51,028 nucleotides of DNA from Campylobacterota bacterium (GTDB lineage: Bacteria > Campylobacterota > Campylobacteria > Campylobacterales > Sulfurimonadaceae): contig JAYEJR010000151.1 in assembly GCA_034660715.1 (NCBI GenBank), positions 4,310 to 55,337 of the forward strand, written 5' to 3'. The notes under the pieces were generated by a model. The model made no database searches. It was not told where the DNA came from and worked only from the letters and a program-made list of their open reading frames with translations. Numbering within the stretch: the stretch's first letter is position 1; every line of letters starts with the position of its first letter. Positions 37,027 to 46,330 of the stretch are shown here, in pieces. Made by a program: the position numbers and the translations under genes.

Positions 37027-37902
37027 TCAACTAGCTTTAATAAAACGATCTTTATAGCTGCACTTACGACAGAGCTCTTCAACTGCCTTGCCATTCCTAA
37101 ACCCTTCTATCATCGCTTGGGCTCTACTAGAGTCTAGCACCTCTTTGAGTGGCGTTTCGTTTAGGTTTCCAAGGTTTATTACACCCTCCCCATCGAGACA
37201 ACAAGGAACTATGCTTCCATCTGCTAGTATGCCGATGTGCGACTTTAGCCCATAACAAGTTCCGTCGCTATCATGAGTACTCCCCAGAGATGGCCACTCA
37301 AAGTAGTTATCGAAATTAAGTAGTACTTTTGAGGCTAAACGCAGGGATTTTGTCTTCTCTTTATAGATTGTCTCTAAGTCTATTTTTACGTCAAAAAACT
37401 CTTCTACTCTTCTGAAAAGCATAGCATTAAACTCACTCTCACTCAACACATCATCAAGATTCCAGACTCTTAAGTTTATAAATGGTTTTGGATACATCTC
37501 AAGCTTATCTGCACAGGCTTTAAAAACACCATCCATATATTCATCAAAACTAAGATTTAGAGAGTTTTTGTTGTAACTGTTTAAAGAGACATTTAACTGT
37601 CGAACAGCTTTATGAAAAAGAACCTCATGTGGCGTTTTCTCAAGATAGTATCCGCTCGTAGTTAGCTCCACTTCAAAGCCATGCTTACTTGCCAAGTCTA
37701 GATACTCTTGAAGATTTGATAAAATCAGAGGATCACCCATAACATGAAAGGCTAAAGATTTTGTATAGGGCTTTAGCTCCAATAGTACTTTTTCAAAAAA
37801 CGAGAGTGACATTGTTTTTGTAGGCTGAAGTTTTGGAGGACAGAAACTACATGCCAAACCACAGATGTTAGTAACTTCAATATGAACACGGTTAAAATAC
37901 AT
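37027..37902 (-). CDS. Radical SAM protein with a SPASM/twitch domain
   Basis: CGLACSFC; CYG...G.IVPCC...CRKC. Likely start is MYFNRVHIE at 37902. Confidence 0.9.
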   Translation of the reverse strand: MYFNRVHIEVTNICGLACSFCPPKLQPTKTMSLSFFEKVLLELKPYTKSLAFHVMGDPLILSNLQEYLDLASKHGFEVELTTSGYYLEKTPHEVLFHKAVRQLNVSLNSYNKNSLNLSFDEYMDGVFKACADKLEMYPKPFINLRVWNLDDVLSESEFNAMLFRRVEEFFDVKIDLETIYKEKTKSLRLASKVLLNFDNYFEWPSLGSTHDSDGTCYGLKSHIGILADGSIVPCCLDGEGVINLGNLNETPLKEVLDSSRAQAMIEGFRNGKAVEELCRKCSYKDRFIKAS

Positions 37903-39148
37903 TTGTAATTCTGTTTCTACCATTTTCTTTAGAGGTATACAAGGCTGTATCAACTGACTGCAGTATTGCATGGACGTTATCCATCTCTTTCATGGAAGAG
38001 TGATAAAGGCCTATACTAACTGTTTTTGAAAACCCTACCTCATCCGTCGTAAAAATATGTGCTTCAAGTAAATCTTTTATTTTTTCAGCAATGGCGATTG
38101 TATCTTTATAGCCAATACGATGAAGTAAAACAACAAACTCCTCTCCCCCTGCACGATAGACCTTGTCTCCCTCTCTTACAGAAGATAAAAGAATCTTAGA
38201 GAACTTTTTTAAGACTTCATCTCCAACAGCATGCCCATAAGTATCATTCACATCTTTAAACCAGTCGATATCTAACATCAGTACTGCATAAGGTGCCTTA
38301 TGAAGATTCTTATTTTTTATCGCCGTCTCAATATCTGTCTCGAGTGTTAGCCTATTTCTTAGTCCTGTAAGAAAATCATGAAAAGCTAAGTGTTCCAACT
38401 TCTCATTTGCTTGTTCTAACTTTATAGTTCTGAGTTCAACCGTCTCTTCTAGGTTATTTAAAAGGTCTTGTTTGGAGTCTAGCAAGCTCATTATCTTCTG
38501 TACCATCGGCTGAAATATAAATATAACTTCTAACAGAAGTATCATAAGAGTCAAGACCAATACAGCGACTTCAATACTCTGCATATTATTTAACTTCTCT
38601 TCGCCCTCTCTTTGGTATATATTTACAACCTTATTCATATCCATGAGTAAAGATTCTGAGTTCCTATCTATAAAGTTTATTATTTCAAGTAGCTCTTGGT
38701 GATTTTGAACTTCAGTCAACTTGTTAGCTTGTGCTGCATACTCCTCAACCCTATGTGCAAGGTTTATCTCACCAAAGTACATATTATAAACACTAGGAGA
38801 GAGGCTTATTGTCGTGTTATTTGGTAATTTTCCTGTTGATAAAAAAGTGTTAGCTTCTTTTAACTCTTTTGTATGCTGTTTTAAAACTTGTTCATACAGC
38901 ATTACATCTGATTTTTGAATATCTGCATTTTTTTTAAGTATATTGTTAATACGATGAGCATCTAAAGCGATATGCTGGCTAAGCATACGTTGTTTTCCAG
39001 AGATATTTACAATATAACCTGTACTATCACTATTTTTAAGTATGGTATTTAGTATTAAAAAAGCTAAAACAGCTAGAGTAGCAATCATAAACAGTGCTAT
39101 AGTGTACTTAAATGTCAAAGTTCTTTTTAATTGATTTTTATTTTCCAT
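37892..39148 (-). CDS. Diguanylate cyclase with a NarX/PilJ-like periplasmic sensor
   Basis: VNISGKQRMLSQ (P-box-like) between two TMs; GGEEF domain. Confidence 0.9.
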   Translation of the reverse strand: MENKNQLKRTLTFKYTIALFMIATLAVLAFLILNTILKNSDSTGYIVNISGKQRMLSQHIALDAHRINNILKKNADIQKSDVMLYEQVLKQHTKELKEANTFLSTGKLPNNTTISLSPSVYNMYFGEINLAHRVEEYAAQANKLTEVQNHQELLEIINFIDRNSESLLMDMNKVVNIYQREGEEKLNNMQSIEVAVLVLTLMILLLEVIFIFQPMVQKIMSLLDSKQDLLNNLEETVELRTIKLEQANEKLEHLAFHDFLTGLRNRLTLETDIETAIKNKNLHKAPYAVLMLDIDWFKDVNDTYGHAVGDEVLKKFSKILLSSVREGDKVYRAGGEEFVVLLHRIGYKDTIAIAEKIKDLLEAHIFTTDEVGFSKTVSIGLYHSSMKEMDNVHAILQSVDTALYTSKENGRNRITNVF

Positions 39149-39256
39149 ATGAACATTCTACTCTATTCTTATTAACATTCTATTGCTATTGTCTCAAACA
39201 ACCATACATATGCTAAAATGCAGCTATCAAGATAGCATCTAAAGAGGGTTGAGCCT

Positions 39257-39466
39257 ATGCAGAACTACCTAAAAGAGACAGACCTTATCAACTTCTCTCA
39301 TCCAGAAATAGAAGCACTAGACGAACAGTTGGCATTTGAACTAGAAGAACACGAGTTTGATTTGAAAGAGAATTATGAAGAGCCTCTTCCTGAAGTTATC
39401 CATGCTCTTAAAACCTTTACTTGCTATAGTGAAATGATTCACAATTTTCCAGATATAAAAGAGTGA
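39257..39466 (+). pseudogene. Internally deleted transglutaminase-like gene
   Basis: N-terminus YLKETDLINFSHPEI is joined in frame to C-terminus EQLAF...EPLPEVIHAL...NFPDI; the catalytic core is absent. Confidence 0.6.
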
Positions 39467-39478
39467 GATAAAGAAAAA

Positions 39479-40411
39479 TTGATAAATACACAAAAAAAAC
39501 TTCTAGCATGGTATGAAATGCAGGGACGCCATGAACTTCCATGGCGAAATACCGATGACATGTACCACATTTATCTGAGTGAGATAATGCTTCAACAGAC
39601 ACAGGTAAATCGTGTAAGAGATGAGTACTATCCTCAGTTTTTAGAGAAGTTTCCCACACTACAAGCACTAGCAAACGCCACTCAGGACGATGTTCTTGCT
39701 GCTTGGAGTGGTCTTGGTTACTACTCTCGCGCTAGAAACCTACAAAAGACGGCACAAAGTGTAGAGAGTGAACTACCAAGCTCGCAAGAAGAACTCATCA
39801 AACTTCCTGGAATTGGTCGTTATACAGCAAGTGCTATCTGCAGTTTTGGACATAACCAAGCCATTCCTGTGGTCGATACAAACATAGCAAGAGTCATTAA
39901 ACGCTACTTCGCACTCTTAGAACCTAAAGATACAACTATCTGGAAAAATGCCGAAAAGTTTGTAAACGCTAAAGACCCACGACACCATAATCTCGCTCTT
40001 ATGGACTTAGGTTCGCTGACATGTTTACCAAAAAATCCAAAATGTGATGAGTGCCCCTTAGAAAAAGAGTGTTTAGGAAAAACAGAACCTGAAATATACA
40101 CACAAACTAAGAAAAAAGAGTATATCCCCCTTGAACTTTTTCTTGGTGTTTACATCAAAGAGAACAAAATCGCCCTGCAAGTCTCCAAAGAGAGAATGTA
40201 TAAAGATATGCTAATACTCCCAACCGTAGACCCCTTAGAAGAGAACTTTTTAGGAAGTTTTAAACACTCTTATACAAAGTACAGACTGAGTGTAAGTCTC
40301 TATAGGGTAGATGAGTTAGATACAGAAGTAGTTTGGTTAAACTTAGATGAGTTAAAAAACGCACCTATCTCTTCACTGACTAAAAAAGCAGAGAAGTTTT
40401 TTCAATCTTAA
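39479..40411 (+). CDS. mutY: A/G-specific adenine glycosylase
   Basis: LPWR, SEIMLQQTQV, WSGLGYYSRARN, LPGIGRYTA, VDTN and the C-x6-C-x2-C-x5-C Fe-S motif. Confidence 0.95.
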   Translation: MINTQKKLLAWYEMQGRHELPWRNTDDMYHIYLSEIMLQQTQVNRVRDEYYPQFLEKFPTLQALANATQDDVLAAWSGLGYYSRARNLQKTAQSVESELPSSQEELIKLPGIGRYTASAICSFGHNQAIPVVDTNIARVIKRYFALLEPKDTTIWKNAEKFVNAKDPRHHNLALMDLGSLTCLPKNPKCDECPLEKECLGKTEPEIYTQTKKKEYIPLELFLGVYIKENKIALQVSKERMYKDMLILPTVDPLEENFLGSFKHSYTKYRLSVSLYRVDELDTEVVWLNLDELKNAPISSLTKKAEKFFQS

Positions 40412-40456
40412 GGGCACCCCCAACACCATTGACTTAAGAGAATAGAAGTTGAATGG

Positions 40457-40519
40457 ATAGTAGCGATGATACTTGGGCTCTTTTCTAAAACAGAATTTCC
40501 TCAAGAGTGGCTAGTGTAA
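40457..40519 (+). pseudogene. Remnant 3' end of an ADP-ribosylglycohydrolase gene
   Basis: IVAMILGLFSKTEFPQEWLV* versus VVAMILGLSDKTELPEHWLA* at 35407-35469 (13/20 aa identical). Confidence 0.75.
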
Positions 40520-40595
40520 AATCCTAAATGCAATGAAATTGCAATGTTTTAAGCTTATACTTAATATAGTTATCTTAAATCATAAAGGATATGTC

Positions 40596-42626
40596 ATGCA
40601 AAATCATTTAAAAAGTTTAGTTTATGTAATCTTAACTCTATTAATATTGGCTTCTTGTTCCTCTGAAGATTCACCTAATGCAACAGCTGTTTTAATTGAG
40701 GATGCTTATGTGGAAAATACTTCTGCATTTAATAGTGGGGATACTATTTCACTAAAGTATGACTTAGTTTCGAGTGGAGACAACAAAAATATTGAAATCA
40801 TTTACTCACTTATCTCAACAGCTGCCAAGGAGAGTCAAACGGGTGATGAGGACAACCTAACAACTATCATTATTCCAGATATAGAGTATCATATTGGTGG
40901 AAATCAGCTAGATGTACAAACAGGTTTCAACAGCTATAATGCTAATGTAGTCTTGCCAATGGATATGCAAGAGGGCATGTACCAATTAGCCGTAAAACTA
41001 GATGGACAAAAGAGCCAAAAACTTGTGACATACCCCAACGGAAACATATTTCACGATGATGACTCTTCTTATATGGTAAGTAACGGAAATGTTCATCCTG
41101 ATTTAGTGATGCACACTTATGCACTAGATGAAGATGTTCTTTTACTGAGTAAAGATAAAAGCAATGTATTATCTTCAACTGTAAGTATTTCCTCTAAATA
41201 TTATGATTCTACAAACATACCTATTTCTGTTTGTATTGATATTAATGGAGATTGTAAAAGCGTAAATATTCTCTCTAGTGATGGAGTAGCTGAACCTGAG
41301 CATATAGTCGATGAATTGTATGGTTATGTAACTAACATCACATTAAACCTTGAGATACCGACAACTCTAACAAATGAGATTTTAGACGCTATAGAAAATG
41401 ATATATATACTACTAAAGTTTACACTCAAGTAGATAAAAATAATGTGATTGCCGAACAAGAAGATGATTCAAACAACCAAGTATCTACACCACTGACTCT
41501 TTATAATGTCGATAATGCTCCCTTGGTAAAAAGTGATGGTGTATTGATTGAATATAGTAAAAATTTCACTCTAGATAAGATGGGCAAAACTTCAGGTTCA
41601 ATGTTAACTATTAATTCTAAAGCTGGAGTTGAGATAGAAAAAACATATGCTTATACTCATGGGGACTTAAACTTAAAAATACTCTCAAAAGAGTTTAATT
41701 TTCTTCATATAGGGGTAGATGCAACCTTTATATACAACTCATTTGCAGATACTGGTGTGACTAGAAGATTTGAGTTTCTTGGATATACACTACAGGAGTA
41801 TAAAGATCTAAGAGATGATATAAAGAGTGGTATAAATGATTTTAATGATATTAAAAATGAAGTAAAATCTCTCCCAGAAAATTGGAATACCACAATGGAA
41901 GCTATAAATAAACTCGACCTGATTCAAATAGCTTCAGATGCTACTGAAGCAACTAAAGAAAAAATAAACTCTGCAAATCAAAAAAAGATAAATGCCCTCA
42001 TAAAAAGTAAACTCACGCTAGGCGCTCTTCGTAACTTTTCAACCATACAAAAAAAAGAGTATCAAGAGGAGTTTATGCTCTCAATAGTTCCAGTAACTGT
42101 TACAGCAGGTGCAGGTGGAGAGTATGGACTTAATCAAGATATCTCCTTACTTGGAATAACAGGGTTTGAAGTTTCAGTAGCACCTTTTGCAAATATAGGT
42201 GGTTTTGCAAGTGGTGGCGTTGGCATGCCTGGGTTTAGCGCAGGGGTAGAAGCTGCCTTTACTTTCATAGCTGAAGAACTTGCGGCAAGTGCTGACTTTC
42301 AACTATCGCTTCAAGGCGATGATACTAGTCTCTTCTTGCATGGAGAGTCAACACAACTCATTGACAATACTATAACTGGACCAAAAGGTAATATAGACTT
42401 ATATGCAGAGTATACTATTCCTAAAATATGTATTAAAAAGTGGAGACATTGTGTAGAGTGGCATTGGAATTTAAGTTGTAAAAAGTACCATACGACTAAA
42501 GTGCATTACCCCTGTGGAGTTGTAACGCATAAGCCTACAAAAAATATTTTCAGTTGGAAATCTTTTGAAACAACAAAAAATATTTTGGATAAAAATGAGC
42601 AAATTTTACAAGAGCAACTTTATTAA
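40596..42626 (+). CDS. Lipoprotein with Ig/CARDB-like N-terminal domains and a large amphipathic beta-sheet C-terminal region
   Basis: Lipobox LILAS|C from ATG 40596 (SD aagga); Gly-rich alternating strands VPVTVTAGAGGEYG, GGFASGGVG, SAGVEAAF; Cys/basic loop near the C-terminus. Confidence 0.75.
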   Translation: MQNHLKSLVYVILTLLILASCSSEDSPNATAVLIEDAYVENTSAFNSGDTISLKYDLVSSGDNKNIEIIYSLISTAAKESQTGDEDNLTTIIIPDIEYHIGGNQLDVQTGFNSYNANVVLPMDMQEGMYQLAVKLDGQKSQKLVTYPNGNIFHDDDSSYMVSNGNVHPDLVMHTYALDEDVLLLSKDKSNVLSSTVSISSKYYDSTNIPISVCIDINGDCKSVNILSSDGVAEPEHIVDELYGYVTNITLNLEIPTTLTNEILDAIENDIYTTKVYTQVDKNNVIAEQEDDSNNQVSTPLTLYNVDNAPLVKSDGVLIEYSKNFTLDKMGKTSGSMLTINSKAGVEIEKTYAYTHGDLNLKILSKEFNFLHIGVDATFIYNSFADTGVTRRFEFLGYTLQEYKDLRDDIKSGINDFNDIKNEVKSLPENWNTTMEAINKLDLIQIASDATEATKEKINSANQKKINALIKSKLTLGALRNFSTIQKKEYQEEFMLSIVPVTVTAGAGGEYGLNQDISLLGITGFEVSVAPFANIGGFASGGVGMPGFSAGVEAAFTFIAEELAASADFQLSLQGDDTSLFLHGESTQLIDNTITGPKGNIDLYAEYTIPKICIKKWRHCVEWHWNLSCKKYHTTKVHYPCGVVTHKPTKNIFSWKSFETTKNILDKNEQILQEQLY

Positions 42627-44392
42627 TGAGTAAGAAAACTCTTTATACACTTTTTCTCTCTCTTGCTATCTCTTTTGGTTTAATTTATCTTCTGAATCAA
42701 GATAGCGAACAAGTGCAATTTAACTTGAAAAAAGAGTCGATTAAGGTCTATGAACTTTACTATAACTCAAATATTTCCTTCAATGAATCAATTACAAAAA
42801 AAAATAGTATTGTTAGTCTTAACGCAGACCTCCATTTGAGAGTTTTTGATGTAAAGAAAGAGTATTCAATAGTTGGTTTTGAACTTTCAAATGTAGAGAT
42901 TCATTTTGACAATGAAATTCTTGAAAGAAAATTAGAAAAACTTTATAGTGAACTTATTTTTATTAAAATTGCTCATGATGGTAAGTTTATAGAGTTTATT
43001 CTCCCACGAAGTAGTGATGACTTAAAAGGTCTCTTAGAACTCTTCAGTCATTTTCAAGTAGTTTTAAAAGAGGATGATTTTTATCAAACTACTGAGAACT
43101 CTTTTAGAGGAGAATATATTTCTGATTACAAGTTAGCAAAAAACACTCTTTATAAATCTCGTATAACATATTTATCTACTTATAATGAGACACATCGATA
43201 TATATTTAAAAACTCAAAGAGTGAGGCAATAGTAGCTAAAGATGGTATTTGGTTAGATAATATAACTGTTACTGAAAGTGTTGTAGTAGAAAAAGAAGAT
43301 ATGCAAATGGCACAGAGTAAAACGACTCTTAACCTAAGTAAAATAGATAAAGCTCGAGATCATACTTTAAAAATATACACAGAAAATAGAGATATTGATG
43401 AAGTTATAAAAGAGTATAGAGAGAAAAAAGAGAATAATAAAAATCTAAGCTTTTGGGAAGAAGAAAAGAAAAGTTCACAAATACACTTTATAAGAGAGAA
43501 CAATATAACTTATGAAACACTCTTAGGTAAAGTCAGCAAATTCAGTAAGATTCAAGACTATCATGAGCTTTCAAAGTACCTTAGCCTTTATCCTAACTAT
43601 TCAAAAGAGATACTAAAAGTAGTTCAAAATGAGACAAGCTCTTTGAGTGCTGGTCTTATTAGTGCCTTACAGGATGCTGACACAAAGGAGTCAAAAGAAG
43701 TTCTAATTACAATTCTAAAAGATGAAAATATTTCCTCTCTAAATAGACAAAGGGCTTCCATCGCCTTAGGTGGGCTTGAAAATCCAGATGATGCCTCTAT
43801 CGAAGCGCTACAAGAAATTATGGGTAATCGAGAGAGTCAAGATGATTTATCTCTATCTAATAGTGCAATTCTTTCACTTGGCAGAGTAAGCAACAATTTG
43901 GACGAGCTAAAGTATGAAGAGGTTAAAAGCCAACTTGCAAATTTAATTCTCAATGGTGATGACGATAGCATTAAGAGAATTTCCATAATAGCTGCCGGTA
44001 ACTCTAATACAGAAGATTATTTTCAAGAGATTAAAGAGAGCTTTTATAGCGACTCAAATAGTGTCAAATTTGCCGCCATTGAGGTTTTAGCAAATATGAA
44101 GACTGATGAGTCAAAAGAGTTGTTGCTTCAAGGTTATGATGACTCTAACGACGAAAATGAAAAAATGAAAATTGTAAATTCATTATCTAGTCAAAAACTA
44201 GATGAAAATACAGTCTATAAGATGCAAAATGAGCTCCTTGAGAATCTAGGGTCAGAACTTAATGATGAAGTTATTAAGTACCTTTGTAAAAGCTCAGAAG
44301 AGTTCCCAAGCTCTAAACCTTATCTTGAAAAAGAGCTACCCTTACAAAATGATTCTTCTATGATAAAGCTTATTATTAAAGCTATAAGATAA
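42626..44392 (+). CDS. Membrane-anchored protein with an N-terminal beta domain and HEAT-like solenoid, resembling the vitellogenin/MTP lipid-transport N module
   Basis: TAATG coupling to the upstream gene; N-terminal TM; beta-rich to ~aa 240, then helical repeats (ASIALGG, AILSLG, IIAAGN, AAIEVLAN). Confidence 0.7.
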   Translation: MSKKTLYTLFLSLAISFGLIYLLNQDSEQVQFNLKKESIKVYELYYNSNISFNESITKKNSIVSLNADLHLRVFDVKKEYSIVGFELSNVEIHFDNEILERKLEKLYSELIFIKIAHDGKFIEFILPRSSDDLKGLLELFSHFQVVLKEDDFYQTTENSFRGEYISDYKLAKNTLYKSRITYLSTYNETHRYIFKNSKSEAIVAKDGIWLDNITVTESVVVEKEDMQMAQSKTTLNLSKIDKARDHTLKIYTENRDIDEVIKEYREKKENNKNLSFWEEEKKSSQIHFIRENNITYETLLGKVSKFSKIQDYHELSKYLSLYPNYSKEILKVVQNETSSLSAGLISALQDADTKESKEVLITILKDENISSLNRQRASIALGGLENPDDASIEALQEIMGNRESQDDLSLSNSAILSLGRVSNNLDELKYEEVKSQLANLILNGDDDSIKRISIIAAGNSNTEDYFQEIKESFYSDSNSVKFAAIEVLANMKTDESKELLLQGYDDSNDENEKMKIVNSLSSQKLDENTVYKMQNELLENLGSELNDEVIKYLCKSSEEFPSSKPYLEKELPLQNDSSMIKLIIKAIR

Positions 44393-44512
44393 GAATACAT
44401 GACAAATTAAACTTTGCGATTAAGTTGCATTTCTTAAACTAGGTATGACACTATAAGTCTTTTTTTAATTCTTTCATCTATGTCATTAAGTCAATGGTGT
44501 TGGAGGGCACCT

Positions 44513-46222
44513 CTATAAAAGAGCCATCTTTATATCGTCATACTCCACCTTAGAGTCTAACTCCACAAAAATTGGTTTGAGACGAATCTGACCGTTTTCG
44601 CTAAAATCGTCTGGAGTGTTTCTTATCTTTATCTTTTCAACTGCCGCGTTTACGAGAGTGCATATCTCCGCGTTTGGCATAAACTTTTCTAAATCTATTT
44701 TAGGGTCTATCTCTTTTAATATCTTGAGATGATTCATAATCGTCCCCTTGCTCATGCCTCTAGCAGTTGCCAACTCTTCGATGGAGACAGAACTCTCTAG
44801 TAACTCTTTTGTTTGTATGTGAGTCGGGGTGACGCTGTTAGCCACTATCTTTTTCTCAGATTTTAAAATCGCTTCTTGCGCCGCTATTTTACTTATGTCT
44901 GTTATGCCTTCTACGCTCTGTATATATGCCTTAAATATCTCTTCAAGGTTTTGGGACGAAAGAGCAGATATCTCATCGGTAGCTTTTTGAGATGCCCCTT
45001 TGATTCTATCGTCTATATGTAAGATAAGAGGGTCAACCGCTAGAGCCAAGTCGTTAAAACCCATCAAACGCAAGCCTTCTATGTTTTTAATCCGTGAAAG
45101 CGCAACGTAGCCCTGCCCCACTTCAAAGGTCTTAGACAAATCTATCTCAGCAGAATCTAGTGTCATTCCTTGAGACTTATGGATGGTAATCGCCCATGCA
45201 AGCTTGAGTGGGATTTGCGAAACCTTAGCGACGATGTTTCCACTGTCGTTTTCCATAGTCCAATCCTCCAAAGGAGTCTTGATTAGGTGTCCATGAGAGG
45301 TTTTTACTATTGGGAACTGTGTCTCTTTGTCAAAGTCTACGACGACACCTGTAGTACCGTTGACATAGCCTAACTCATGGTTATTTTTAATAAACATCAC
45401 GACCGCGTCTTTTTTCAGCTCGATGGTCTCTAAAACCAAAGAAGACTTAAATATTTTCTCAATGTTGTTAGCCTTACCTTCGGACTTGTAAGCAAAGGAG
45501 TGAGAAGGGTTTTGAAGTTTGTTTAACTCTTGGATGTTGATTCTATCTACGTCCATGTTATGCGTGTAGAGTTTTGTTGGGGTAAAGCCCGTCTCAAGGT
45601 CTTTGTGAAGTCTAGCGTTTAAGAGTTCATACGATTGAGTAGAGATGTTTCCACTTCTAATATCATCAAGTATGGAGATGAGAACATTATCGTCTTGTCT
45701 GAACTTCTCTTGCAGATAGCAAGTCTTTAGAGAGAGCTCTTTCCACGATGCAGATTGCCAAGCAAAGCGTTTGTCCTTGGGTACTTTTGAGATGGGAGGA
45801 AGCTGAAAGAAGTCCCCAGATAGTATGGTTTGAACGCCACCAAATGGCAAGTCGTTCTCTTTAAATGCTCGTAAAATTCTGTCCATCGAGCTAAATATCT
45901 CAGGAGAGACCATTGAAATCTCATCGACTATGAGAACCTTGAGTTTTGAAAACCTTGTTTGCAGATACTTCTTCTCTAGCAGAGACTCAATGTAATAATC
46001 ATCTACCGCATCACGAATGCCCAAACTAAAAAATGAGTGTATCGTCTGCCCTTGTAGATGCGACGCGGCAATTCCTGTAGGTGCTACTACTGTAGGAATG
46101 ATTTTTCTTGATTTGAGATAAAATATATACTGATTTAAAAGATATGTTTTTCCAGTTCCCGCAGAACCAGTTATAAAAACGTTATTGCCAGTTTTGAGTA
46201 TGTTTAGAGTGCTATTTTGCAA
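44513..46222 (-). CDS. Pif1-family SF1B helicase with a C-terminal HTH
   Basis: GSAGTGKT, DEISM, GDFFQLPP, WAITIHKSQGMTL, YVALSR; ELATARGMSKGTIMNHL HTH. Confidence 0.92.
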   Translation of the reverse strand: MQNSTLNILKTGNNVFITGSAGTGKTYLLNQYIFYLKSRKIIPTVVAPTGIAASHLQGQTIHSFFSLGIRDAVDDYYIESLLEKKYLQTRFSKLKVLIVDEISMVSPEIFSSMDRILRAFKENDLPFGGVQTILSGDFFQLPPISKVPKDKRFAWQSASWKELSLKTCYLQEKFRQDDNVLISILDDIRSGNISTQSYELLNARLHKDLETGFTPTKLYTHNMDVDRINIQELNKLQNPSHSFAYKSEGKANNIEKIFKSSLVLETIELKKDAVVMFIKNNHELGYVNGTTGVVVDFDKETQFPIVKTSHGHLIKTPLEDWTMENDSGNIVAKVSQIPLKLAWAITIHKSQGMTLDSAEIDLSKTFEVGQGYVALSRIKNIEGLRLMGFNDLALAVDPLILHIDDRIKGASQKATDEISALSSQNLEEIFKAYIQSVEGITDISKIAAQEAILKSEKKIVANSVTPTHIQTKELLESSVSIEELATARGMSKGTIMNHLKILKEIDPKIDLEKFMPNAEICTLVNAAVEKIKIRNTPDDFSENGQIRLKPIFVELDSKVEYDDIKMALL

Positions 46223-46330
46223 AGGTGATAACCTTGAGTAAGTTTTGTATGATTATAGCTAAGTATTAAATCTGTGTATAATAATCAGAGCTAAAAGAAA
46301 CATATATTTCAATTACGTAAAGGAGTCTCT

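Larger units (their letters stand above)
40412..44511. mobile_element. Putative non-autonomous unit bounded by inverted repeats, carrying two genes
   Basis: ccaacaccattgacttaa (40420-40437) is the exact reverse complement of 44486-44503. The left end starts gggcacc like the MITE at 46983. No transposase is present. Confidence 0.5.

Noticed and set aside
37027-37902. RiPP cluster around the radical SAM/SPASM gene
   Set aside because: No adjacent precursor peptide, RRE or dedicated transporter seen.
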